From: Acidobacteriota bacterium
GTDB lineage: Bacteria; Acidobacteriota; CAIWXX01
Reading direction: 5' to 3'
Assembly: GCA_040755995.1 (NCBI GenBank)
Contig: JBFMAF010000021.1
Location: forward strand, 1 to 64,000
DNA length: 64,000 bases
In this document: one piece after another, positions 18,168 through 27,637 of the stretch
Layout: each line of letters opens with the position of its first letter
Numbering within the stretch: the first letter of the stretch is position 1
Position numbers and translations under genes: made by a program
Notes under the pieces: generated by a model
Told to the model about the DNA's origin: nothing
Database searches by the model: none
The model's input: the letters and a program-made list of their open reading frames with translations, nothing else

Positions 18168-20179
18168 GTGAACAACTTCAGCGAGAAGGCCAATTTCATC
18201 TGGGGCGTTGCGGACCTCTTGCGAGGACCGTATCGTCCCAATCAGTACAAGGATGTAATGCTGCCGATGACAGTGCTGCGGCGGCTCGACTGCGTTCTGG
18301 AACCGACGAAGGATAAGGTCCACGAGAAGCAGAAGAGCCTCGAGGGCGGCAAGGTCAAGAACGTCGAGCCGATCCTCTGCCGGGTGAGCGGCGTGCCGTT
18401 CTACAATGCGAGTCGCTACACGTTTGAGAAGCTGAAGGGCGATCCGAACCACATCGCCGCCAACCTCACCAACTACATCAAGGGATTCTCCAGCCGCGCC
18501 CGGGAGATCATCGATCACTTCGGCTTCGAGGAGCACATCGCCAAGCTCGACAAGGCCGATCGGCTGTTCTTGCTCGTCTCGAAGTTCTGCGACATTGACC
18601 TGCATCCGGACAGAGTCTCGAACGTCGAGATGGGCTACATCTTCGAGTATCTCACCGGCGATTCAACGAGGCTTCCAACGAGGAGGCAGGTGACCACTTC
18701 ACCCCGCGCGAAGTCATCCGCCTGATGGTGAACCTTCTCTTTCTGCCGGACGCGGACATCCTCACCACGAAGGGCATCGTCAAGACGCTCTTCGATCCCG
18801 CCTGCGGCACAGGCGGTATGCTCTCCGTCTCGGAGGACTACGTCCGCGAGCTGAATCCCGACGCGCGGCTGGAGGTCTTCGGCCAGGACTACAACCCGCA
18901 AGCCTACGCAATCTGCGGGTCGGACATGATGATCAAGGGCCAGAACATCGACAACATCTGCTTCGGCGACAGCTTCACCGACGACCACTTCGCTGCGCAG
19001 AAGTTCGACTACATGCTGGCCAATCCGCCCTTCGGGGTGAAATGGGAAGCGCAGGAGAACTTCATCCGAAAGGAGCACGAAGAACAGGGCTTCGGCGGCC
19101 GCTTCGGCGCGGGCTTGCCCCGCATAAACGACGGGTCCTTCCTCTTCCTCCAGCACATGATCAGCAAGATGAAGGACCCGAAGGAAGGCGGGGCGCGGCT
19201 GGCCATCGTGTTCAACGGCTCCCCTCTTTTCACGGGCTCCGCTGGCTCGGGCGAGAGCGAGATCCGGCGCTGGATCATCGAGAACGACTGGCTGGAGGGG
19301 ATCGTCGCGCTCCCTGATCAGCTTTTCTACAACACCGGCATCTACACCTACCTCTGGATCGTCACGAATCGGAAGGAAAAACAACGTCGGGGAAAGGTAC
19401 AGCTCGTAAATGTTGCGAGCTTCTTCAAGAAGATGCGCAAGAGCCTCGGAAACAAGCGCAACGAGATCTGCGAACCGCAACGAGACGAGATCACACGGCT
19501 ATACGGGGACTACAAGGAGAACGAGTTCGTTCGCATCTTCGACAACAGCGACTTCGGCTATCGGCGCATCACGGTCGAGAGGCCGCTCCGGCTGAGCTTC
19601 TCCGTGTCCGAAGAGCGCCTTGCGCGCCTCCGAGAAGCCACGCCGTTCCGGTCGCTCGCTGAAAGCCGCAAGCGCAAGGACACGAAAGCGGCTGCGATGG
19701 AAGAGGTGGCGGGCAAGAAGACGCAAGACGCGAACCTCGGAGCGCTCCAGAGTCTGGCCTCCATGGGAACGGTGAGGAACCGCGCCACGTTCATCGAGCT
19801 GGTTGCGTCGAAGCTGCGGGAGGCGGGGCTCAAGGTCCCAGCGCCGCTGCTCAAGGCGATCTTGGAGGCCCTGTCCGAGCGTGATGAGTCAGCGGATCTC
19901 TGCACCGACGCGAAAGGGAACCCCGAGCCCGACCCGGAACTCCGGGACAACGAGAACGTGCCCCTCAAGGAAGACGTCGCCGAGTACATGAAGCGTGAAG
20001 TCCTCCCGCACGTGCCGGACGCCTGGGTCGATGACTCGAAAACAAAGGTCGGCTACGAGGTCAACTTCAACCGCTACTTCTACAAGTACACGCCTCCGCG
20101 TCCGCTGTCGGAAATCGAGGTGGACCTGAAGCAAATCGAAAAGGAGATTGCCGAGACCCTCGCCGAGGTAACAGGATGA
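18168..20179 (+). pseudogene. hsdM: Type I R-M methyltransferase HsdM, split by a 1-nt deletion near 18654 (real or sequencing error)
   Basis: N-part FIWGVADLLRG...MGYIFEYL; restoring one base in CTC A[T]C CGG CGA gives LIRRFNEASNEEAGDHFTPREVIRLMV, continuous with DPACGTGGML and NPPF. Confidence 0.88.
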
Positions 20180-21543
20180 AGTGGCGAGCCTATCTGGATT
20201 ACAGGCCTTCTGGCATGGATTGGTTGGCAGAGGTGCCCGCGCATTGGAAGGTCCGCAAGCTAAAGCACATTGCATCAACCACGTTCAGCAGCGTAGATAA
20301 GCATGCTGTGGATGGCGAGGAACCGGTTCGGCTTTGCAACTACACTGACGTCTACTACAACGAGCATATCACGTCCGACCTCGAGTTCATGGAAGCCACG
20401 GCGACTCAGGAGGAAATCGCCAAGTTCCGACTGAGGAGAGGCGACGTGCTCGTCACGAAGGACTCTGAGGAGTGGGACGACATAGCGGTCCCGGCGTACG
20501 TTGCCACAGACGTCGACAACATTCTCTGCGGTTATCACCTCGCACAAGTCCGCCCGAACGATGTGCTCATAGACGGACGATACCTCCTCAGATCATTCCG
20601 CGCGCGCGGCATTAACGACCAGTTCCGAGTTGCCGCGACGGGTATAACTCGCTTCGGTCTCGGCAAATACTGGCTTGACAGCGCACTCTTTCTCGTGCCT
20701 CCTCTGGATGAACAGCGGGCCATCGCGGAGTTCCTGGACCGCGAGACGGCCCGGATCGACGCGCTGATCGCCAAGAAACAGCGTCAGATCGAGCTGCTCG
20801 AAGAGAAGCGTGCAGCCCTGATCACGCGAGCTGTCACGAAGGGGCTTGACCCCAATGCCAAGATGAAGGACTCCGGCGTCGAGTGGCTCGGAGAAATACC
20901 CGCGCGTTGGGGCATCAGGCGCCTCCGCTTCGTATCCACACTTCAGACGGGTCTCACCCTTGGCAAGAAATACGCTGGCCGGGGGCTTGTGACACGGCCG
21001 TACTTGAGAGTGGCGAATGTGCAGGACGGCTATCTGGACCTGGGGAGGATAACCGATATCGAGCTTCGGAGAGAGGAAGCCACGCGCTATGAGCTTCGGT
21101 ACGGCGACGTGCTGATGACCGAGGGCGGCGATTTCGACAAACTCGGGCGTGGGTATGTTTGGGAGAACCAGATCCCAGGGTGTCTCCACCAAAATCACCT
21201 CTTCGCTGTGAGGCCCAACCCCTCGGAGTTGAACCCGCACTTCTTGGCGGCCCTGCTCGCCTCATCCCACGGAAAGAACTATTTCACAAGTACCTCCCAG
21301 CAGACGACGAATCTAGCCACCACCAACAGCACCAAGCTGCGTAATTTCATTCTTCCGCTTCCACCAGTGCGCGAGCAGGACCAGATACTTGGGCAAATGA
21401 GACAGGAGATGGGTCGGCTCGATGAGTTGACAGAGAAGGGCACTTCGAGCATTGAGAAGCTCCGCGAGTATCGCACGGCGCTGATCTCGGCGGCGGTGAC
21501 CGGGAAGATTGACGTGCGCGGGGAGGCGGCGCGATGCACGTAG
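20176..21543 (+). CDS. hsdS: Type I R-M specificity subunit
   Basis: Two TRDs with repeated SGMDWLAEVP/DSGVEWLGEIP, PPLDEQ/PPVREQ, ALISAAVTGKIDV. Confidence 0.95.
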   Translation: MKWRAYLDYRPSGMDWLAEVPAHWKVRKLKHIASTTFSSVDKHAVDGEEPVRLCNYTDVYYNEHITSDLEFMEATATQEEIAKFRLRRGDVLVTKDSEEWDDIAVPAYVATDVDNILCGYHLAQVRPNDVLIDGRYLLRSFRARGINDQFRVAATGITRFGLGKYWLDSALFLVPPLDEQRAIAEFLDRETARIDALIAKKQRQIELLEEKRAALITRAVTKGLDPNAKMKDSGVEWLGEIPARWGIRRLRFVSTLQTGLTLGKKYAGRGLVTRPYLRVANVQDGYLDLGRITDIELRREEATRYELRYGDVLMTEGGDFDKLGRGYVWENQIPGCLHQNHLFAVRPNPSELNPHFLAALLASSHGKNYFTSTSQQTTNLATTNSTKLRNFILPLPPVREQDQILGQMRQEMGRLDELTEKGTSSIEKLREYRTALISAAVTGKIDVRGEAARCT

Positions 21544-22673
21544 AGGTCAAGCCCGAGCTCCTGCGCTGGGCGCGCGAGCGAGCCGGCCGGAGCCAGGCGA
21601 GCCTGCGCAAGAGGTTTCCTCATCTCGAATCGTGGGAACGCGAGGAGGCCAAGCCCACACTCAGACAATTGGAAGCGTTCGCTAGGGCCACGTTCGTGCC
21701 GATCGGATATCTGTTCCTTGCCGAGCCGCCTCAGGAGGTGGTCCCGATTCCGGATCTTCGCATCAGGGGCGGCGAGCCTCTCGGGCCGCTCAGCCCTGAT
21801 TTGTTAGACGTGCTCTACCTCTGCCAGCGCCGGCAGATGTGGTACCGCCATCACGCCATGTCGGTTCGACAGGAGCCCCACCGTTTCGTGGGTTCAGTAC
21901 GACTAGGGGATCCTGTCGACCGCGCGGCCGATGCGATGAAGCGCAACCTGGGCTTCGACCTGGAGGTGCGGCGTGCATGCCCTACATGGACCGATGCGCT
22001 CCGGCTGTTCATCGACCAGGCCGAGGATCTGGGCGTTCTCGTGATGGTGAGCGGCGTCGTGGGAAGCAACAACAAGCGAAAGCTCGATCCGGACGAATTC
22101 CAGGGGTTCGCTCTGGCCGACCACCTGGCACCGCTTGTGTTCCTCAACGGCGCGGACACCAAGGCGGCGCAGATGTTCACCCTCGCCCACGAGCTGGCGC
22201 ACGTCTGGCTGGGCGAGAGCGCGATCTCCGACGTGAATCCCGACTCGGCACCTTCGCAGCCGGTCGAACGCTGGTGCAACGAGGTGGCGGCCGAGCTCCT
22301 GGTCCCGCTTCAAGTACTGCGGGAGGTTCTGCCGAAAAGGGAGCCACTCGCGGAGGTGCAGGATCTCGCGCGCAGGTTCAAGGTAAGCACGCTTGTGATC
22401 TTGCGCCGAATTCTCGATGCCGGACGCATCTCGCGCGGCACTTTCCAGGAGGCATACGATCAGGAGCTCGAACGCCTCCGGAGCCTGTCGAAGTCGAGCG
22501 GTGGTGACTTCTACTTGACGCAGGGGGCGCGCTTGAGCAAGTGCTTCGCGCGGGCGCTGGTGGTGAGCACACTGGAAGGTCAGACTTCGTTCACCGAAGC
22601 GTTCCGGTTACTCGGGGTCAAGAAGATGGCCACCTTTCGCGAGCTCGGCTCCAGCCTGGGCGTGGCGATATGA
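21534..22673 (+). CDS. XRE-HTH plus ImmA/IrrE (M78) metallo-endopeptidase
   Basis: LLRWARERAG...WEREEAKPTLRQLE HTH; FTLAHELAH; ERWCNEVAAELLVP; ARRFKVS. Confidence 0.9.
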   Translation: MHVEVKPELLRWARERAGRSQASLRKRFPHLESWEREEAKPTLRQLEAFARATFVPIGYLFLAEPPQEVVPIPDLRIRGGEPLGPLSPDLLDVLYLCQRRQMWYRHHAMSVRQEPHRFVGSVRLGDPVDRAADAMKRNLGFDLEVRRACPTWTDALRLFIDQAEDLGVLVMVSGVVGSNNKRKLDPDEFQGFALADHLAPLVFLNGADTKAAQMFTLAHELAHVWLGESAISDVNPDSAPSQPVERWCNEVAAELLVPLQVLREVLPKREPLAEVQDLARRFKVSTLVILRRILDAGRISRGTFQEAYDQELERLRSLSKSSGGDFYLTQGARLSKCFARALVVSTLEGQTSFTEAFRLLGVKKMATFRELGSSLGVAI

Positions 22674-25600
22674 TGGCACGCCGACACACCGAACAGGCAT
22701 TCGAGGCTGCCATCGAAGAGTATCTCATCGCGTCCGGCGGATACACCAGGGGCGACCGCGAGGCGTTCGACCGTGACCGCTGCGTTGATCCGCAGACCTT
22801 CTTTGCGTTCGTGCGCGAGACGCAACCCCGGGAGTGGGAGTACCTGAAGAGCCTCCAGAAAGACAAGGCTGAGGCCACGCTGCTCGACGACCTATGCCGG
22901 GCGCTCAACTCGGAGCACGAGGGCTGCCTGTCGGTCCTGCGCCACGGATTCAAGTGCTTCGGCAAGCTCATCCATGTTGCGTACTTCGCGCCGGCTAGCG
23001 GCATGAACCCGGAGACGCAACGGCTCTACGCGGCGAACCGCCTCACGATCACCCGCCAGCTCCGCTACTCGGATCGTCATGCCAAGACGCTCGACGTCAT
23101 GCTGGCGCTCAACGGGATTCCCGTGGCGACGGCCGAGCTCAAGAACCCGATGACGGGGCAGAGATGGCACGACGCCGCACGTCAGTACAGGCACGACCGT
23201 GATCCGGCGGACTTGATCTTCCAGTTCAAGAAGCGCGCCCTCGTTCATTTTGCGGTAGACCCCGACGAAGTCTACATGACGACCCGTCTGGCAGGCGCTA
23301 ACACTCGTTTCCTGCCATTCAATCGAGGGCGATCCGGCGGGGCGGGCAACTCGGACAACCCGGATGGGTGGAAGACGGCCTATCTGTGGGAGGAGGTCCT
23401 GGAGCGGCATGGTTTCCTGGACATCCTGGCGCGATTCATTCACCTGCAGATAGATGAGAAGAACCTCGGCGGAAAGAAGGTGCGGCGCGAGGCGATGATC
23501 TTCCCGCGCTATCACCAGCTCGATTGCGTGCGAAGGCTCATCGCCGAAGCGCGCGAAAGGGGCGCGGGGACCAACTACCTTGTGCAGCATTCCGCCGGCA
23601 GCGGCAAGAGCAACTCCATCGCCTGGCTGGCCCATCGACTGGCAAGCCTCTACGACGCGAAGGACCAGAAGGTATTCGACTCCGTGATCGTCGTTACCGA
23701 CCGAATCGTGCTCGACCAACAACTTCAGAACACCATATACCAGTTCGAGCACAAGCAGGGCGTCGTGGAGAAGATCGACGTGGACGCCACACAACTCGCG
23801 CAGGCGCTCGCAAGCGGCGTCCCCATCGTCATCACGACCCTCCAGAAGTTCCCCTTCGTCACCGAGAAGATCGGCGACTTGCCGAAGCGTCGATACGCGG
23901 TGATCGTCGATGAGGCCCACAGCTCCCAGGGCGGCGAGACCGCGACAGAGATCAAGGGTGTGCTGGGAGGACAGGCCATCAAGGAGGAAGCACGCAGGAA
24001 GGCAGAGGAGGCAGGCCTGCCCGATTACGAGGAGGAGATCCTGCGCACGATGGCGAAGCGCGGGCGGCAGCCCAACATCAGTTTCTTCGCCTTCACGGCC
24101 ACGCCCAAGTACAAGACGATGGAGGTGTTCGGGCAACCAGGACCGGACGGGAAGCCGCGCCCATCCCATCTCTACAGCATGCGGCAGGCCATTGAGGAAG
24201 GCTTCATCCTCGACGTGCTGCAGCACTGCACGACCTACAAGACGTACTACCGGCTCATCAAGTCGATCGAGGATGATCCCAAGGTCGACAAACGGAAGGC
24301 AGCTCTGGCACTGGCGCGGTTCATGAGTCTTCATCCCCACAACATCGCGCAGAAGACCGAGGTGATGCTTGAGCACTTCCGCCTCTTCACCATGCACAAG
24401 ATCGGCGGCAAGGCGAAGGCCATGGTGGTGACGTCAAGCCGCCTGCATGCCGTTCGGTACAAACAGGCCTTCGAGAAGTACATCTCCGAGAAGGGGTACC
24501 GCGGGATCAAGGTGCTCGTGGCGTTCTCCGGGACGGTGATCGATCCCGATGTCCCTGGCCTCGATTACACCGAGGTGGGGATGAACAAGGGCATTCGCGA
24601 GAAGGAACTCCCCGAGCGCTTCGCCACGGACGAATACCAGGTTCTCCTCGTGGCCGAGAAGTACCAGACCGGCTTCGATCAACCGCTCCTTCACACGATG
24701 TACGTCGACAAGCGCCTGGCTGGCGTGCAGGCGGTGCAGACGCTCTCACGATTGAACCGGATCCACCCGGGCAAGGAAGACACCTTCGTCCTCGACTTCG
24801 TCAACGAGAGGGAGGAGATCCTCGCCGCCTTCCAGCCCTACTACGAGCAGACCGGCGTGGGCGAGCAGGCCGACCCGAAGCAGCTCTACGAGCTTCAGGC
24901 CAAGCTCGACGGGCATCAGGTCTACCACAAGGCCGAGGTCGAGGAGTTCTGCAAGGTCTTCTACAAGCCCGCGCGGAACCAGTCGCCGCCCGACCACGCC
25001 CGGATGAACGCCTGCATCGATCCGGCGGTGAGCCGCTACAAGCAGCTTGGCGACGACGTGCGAGAGGAGTTCCGCAAAACGCTCGTGGCATACCGGAACC
25101 TTTACGCCTTCCTGTCGCAGGTCATCCCGTTCCAGGATTCCGATCTCGAGAAGCTCTACTCATACATCCGGTTCCTCCTGACCAAGCTGCCGAAGGGCGA
25201 CAGGGGGCCGGTGTACGACTTCGACGAGGACGTCGCGCTCAAGTACTACCGCCTTCAGAAGATCAGCGAGGGGGCCATCAAGCTGGAGGCGGGCAGGGGC
25301 GGCGAGGTGTCGGCGCCCACCGAGGTCGGAACCGGCGCAGCACACAGTGAAGAGATCGAGCTCTCGAAGCTCATCGACATCCTGAATGAGCGATTCGGCA
25401 CGGACTTCAAGCCAGCCGACCAACTCTTCCTCGATTCCATCCGCGAGGACGCGATCGGCAAGACGGACATACGGCAGGCTGCTCTAGCAAACACGATGGA
25501 GAACTTCGGGTACGTCTTCCTGAAGGCGCTGGAGGGCCTGTTCATCGATCGGATGGAGCAGAACGAGGAGATCACGGCTCGGTTCATGAACGACAGGGAG

Positions 25601-26197
25601 TTCCAGGATGTGGTCGGCAAGCACCTTCTCAAGGAGGTGTACGAGCACATCCGGTCGCAGAAGCCGGCGATTGAGGTCGTCTTGCCTTTCCGTCGTGTCA
25701 CGCCTCGCGAGGAGGACAAGTTTCGCACGTGCGTCCCGCTCCTGACGCTGAAAGCCGCCGCCGGAGCCTTCGGCAACGCGCAGGCCGTGGAGCCCGATGG
25801 ATGGGTGGAGTTCAAGACCTCACGGCGTCTCCGCCCCGGCATGTTCGTGGCGCAGGTCATTGGCCACTCGATGGAACCGCGCGTTCCTGATGGTTCCTGG
25901 TGCCTGTTCCAGACGCCGGTCGAAGGGAGCCGCCAAGGGCGCATCGTACTTGTGCAGCACCGCGACATCAGCGATCCCGAGACAGGCGGCAGTTACACGG
26001 TGAAGCGCTACAGGAGCGAGAAGGAGGCAGACGGCACCGGCGGCTGGCGTCACGCTGAGATTCGCCTCCTACCGGACAACCCCGACTTCAGTCCCATTGT
26101 CCTCAAAGACGTCGCAGACGACGAGGTGCATATTGTGGCAGAACTGGTCGAGGTGCTCCTGCGGAGCGATGAGCTGGCGACTTCCGCCACACCGTGA
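22670..26197 (+). CDS. hsdR: Type I R-M restriction subunit HsdR with a C-terminal LexA/S24-like domain
   Basis: Nuclease D-x13-ELK; QHSAGSGKS; DEAH; FTATPK; QTGFDQP; QTLSRLNR; extra C-terminal AAAGAF...GHSMEP...YTVKRY. Confidence 0.93.
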   Translation: MMARRHTEQAFEAAIEEYLIASGGYTRGDREAFDRDRCVDPQTFFAFVRETQPREWEYLKSLQKDKAEATLLDDLCRALNSEHEGCLSVLRHGFKCFGKLIHVAYFAPASGMNPETQRLYAANRLTITRQLRYSDRHAKTLDVMLALNGIPVATAELKNPMTGQRWHDAARQYRHDRDPADLIFQFKKRALVHFAVDPDEVYMTTRLAGANTRFLPFNRGRSGGAGNSDNPDGWKTAYLWEEVLERHGFLDILARFIHLQIDEKNLGGKKVRREAMIFPRYHQLDCVRRLIAEARERGAGTNYLVQHSAGSGKSNSIAWLAHRLASLYDAKDQKVFDSVIVVTDRIVLDQQLQNTIYQFEHKQGVVEKIDVDATQLAQALASGVPIVITTLQKFPFVTEKIGDLPKRRYAVIVDEAHSSQGGETATEIKGVLGGQAIKEEARRKAEEAGLPDYEEEILRTMAKRGRQPNISFFAFTATPKYKTMEVFGQPGPDGKPRPSHLYSMRQAIEEGFILDVLQHCTTYKTYYRLIKSIEDDPKVDKRKAALALARFMSLHPHNIAQKTEVMLEHFRLFTMHKIGGKAKAMVVTSSRLHAVRYKQAFEKYISEKGYRGIKVLVAFSGTVIDPDVPGLDYTEVGMNKGIREKELPERFATDEYQVLLVAEKYQTGFDQPLLHTMYVDKRLAGVQAVQTLSRLNRIHPGKEDTFVLDFVNEREEILAAFQPYYEQTGVGEQADPKQLYELQAKLDGHQVYHKAEVEEFCKVFYKPARNQSPPDHARMNACIDPAVSRYKQLGDDVREEFRKTLVAYRNLYAFLSQVIPFQDSDLEKLYSYIRFLLTKLPKGDRGPVYDFDEDVALKYYRLQKISEGAIKLEAGRGGEVSAPTEVGTGAAHSEEIELSKLIDILNERFGTDFKPADQLFLDSIREDAIGKTDIRQAALANTMENFGYVFLKALEGLFIDRMEQNEEITARFMNDREFQDVVGKHLLKEVYEHIRSQKPAIEVVLPFRRVTPREEDKFRTCVPLLTLKAAAGAFGNAQAVEPDGWVEFKTSRRLRPGMFVAQVIGHSMEPRVPDGSWCLFQTPVEGSRQGRIVLVQHRDISDPETGGSYTVKRYRSEKEADGTGGWRHAEIRLLPDNPDFSPIVLKDVADDEVHIVAELVEVLLRSDELATSATP

Positions 26198-26279
26198 CGA
26201 TGTGGTTCGAGCAGAAGAGTTGCTTTCATTGCGCTTTTATCTTGCCGACGCAACCGTAGCCTTCCTGATCCGGGCGTGA

Positions 26280-27272
26280 TCACACCCAACCGTCATTCAG
26301 AAAGACCCTTCCAAACCTCTTCTTCACGGCTGCCACACCGGCAGATCTGTCATCCGGAAAGCGCTCATACTCGTCCGCGGCGATCCGAGCCGCGATGTCC
26401 GCGGCCTGGATGCCGAGTAATTGCGCCGAATCATGCTGCTGGAGTGTCCCGCCGTGCAGGGTGGAGACAAAGAAGCTCTCCTTCACCCCCTCCAAGGAGC
26501 GCAGGACGCGGTCGTGAACACGTGTGAGTTCCTTGAACGAAGACTGAAACCCCCGGTCGAAGTGCCTGTCAACCGATATCGTTTGGCCGAGGGTGACAAA
26601 TCCCAGGTACCCTGGCGTGAGTATTCGTTTCGTTCGTTGGGCAGCCGAGATCGCCGCCTCTTGGCGCTCTGGAGCGAGGGCATCCGCAAACGTGTCGGAA
26701 AGCCTGGCCACGAATTGCTCAAACTCCTGTCCGCTCATCGTCCGCAGATCCTCACGGTTGACGAACAGCTGCCGATCAACGGCCCCTGATCCCGCCTCCT
26801 GCAAAAGATCTCGGAGCATCGTCTCGATCTTCGGAACAGCCGTCGACTCGATTGTTCCCTCACGCAACCTGACAACATACGCACGCGCGAACTCGCGTGA
26901 CGTTGCCCGCTCCAAAGCGTGGCTGAGGGCCTCACCTCGCGTTGGTGGCGGATTCCCAGTCATCTCACATATGCGAGTCAGCAGTCGTCGATAGTGTTCG
27001 CTGATATCCACGATGACTATCGTCGCTGATGAGACATTATCAAGCACCTGTTTCCGAACAAGGTTGTTTGTCCCCATCACAGCCAGGACGAGGGGAGCTT
27101 TCAACTCGACCTTGTCCGGGAAATGATCGCGCTTCAACGCGCGTACCCACTCGAAGCCACTTGGATCTTCGGTGCGTGCAGCAATCGACGCCCGACCAAT
27201 GCCCCGAAATGCATCACATCGACTGCCGGTCGATGTCTCATCCGAGTAGGTGCCGTCGAAGGGCTTGTTCAT
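26280..27272 (-). CDS. DUF3800-like putative nuclease (RNase H-like fold)
   Basis: N-terminal YSDETS and C-terminal DS...GIQAADIAA match the DES...QxAD signature. Confidence 0.65.
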   Translation of the reverse strand: MNKPFDGTYSDETSTGSRCDAFRGIGRASIAARTEDPSGFEWVRALKRDHFPDKVELKAPLVLAVMGTNNLVRKQVLDNVSSATIVIVDISEHYRRLLTRICEMTGNPPPTRGEALSHALERATSREFARAYVVRLREGTIESTAVPKIETMLRDLLQEAGSGAVDRQLFVNREDLRTMSGQEFEQFVARLSDTFADALAPERQEAAISAAQRTKRILTPGYLGFVTLGQTISVDRHFDRGFQSSFKELTRVHDRVLRSLEGVKESFFVSTLHGGTLQQHDSAQLLGIQAADIAARIAADEYERFPDDRSAGVAAVKKRFGRVFLNDGWV

Positions 27273-27637
27273 CTGCGCAACCCGACAACCCGAATCCTAC
27301 CACGTGTGCAAACGTCGTGACTGTTTCTCCGTGCAACGGTCAATCGTTCCTCAGATACGCCCGACCGCCAGGAAGTGAATGATTCAATCCCGGCCATCAT
27401 CGGCTTGGTCCTGAACGGCTTGCTCCTACTGGTCGCCGCGACCAACTTCATCAACGCGTACAACCGTGCGAGAGCGTCCCGGGTTGCGTTACCCAGTGCC
27501 TCGGGCGTGTCCATCCGACTTGGAGCGACTTCGCAGTCGGGATCACCATCGAAAGCCTGAAGGGGCGCATCGGTCACGACCGCGTCTTCCTTGGCGATGC
27601 GAAGAGGTGTTCCCATGCACCGTTTCTGGCGCCGTTC

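Noticed and set aside
27375..27560. 61-aa ORF with a hydrophobic N-terminus
   Set aside because: Weak RBS, no family recognised, competing opposite-strand ORF; may be a gene remnant
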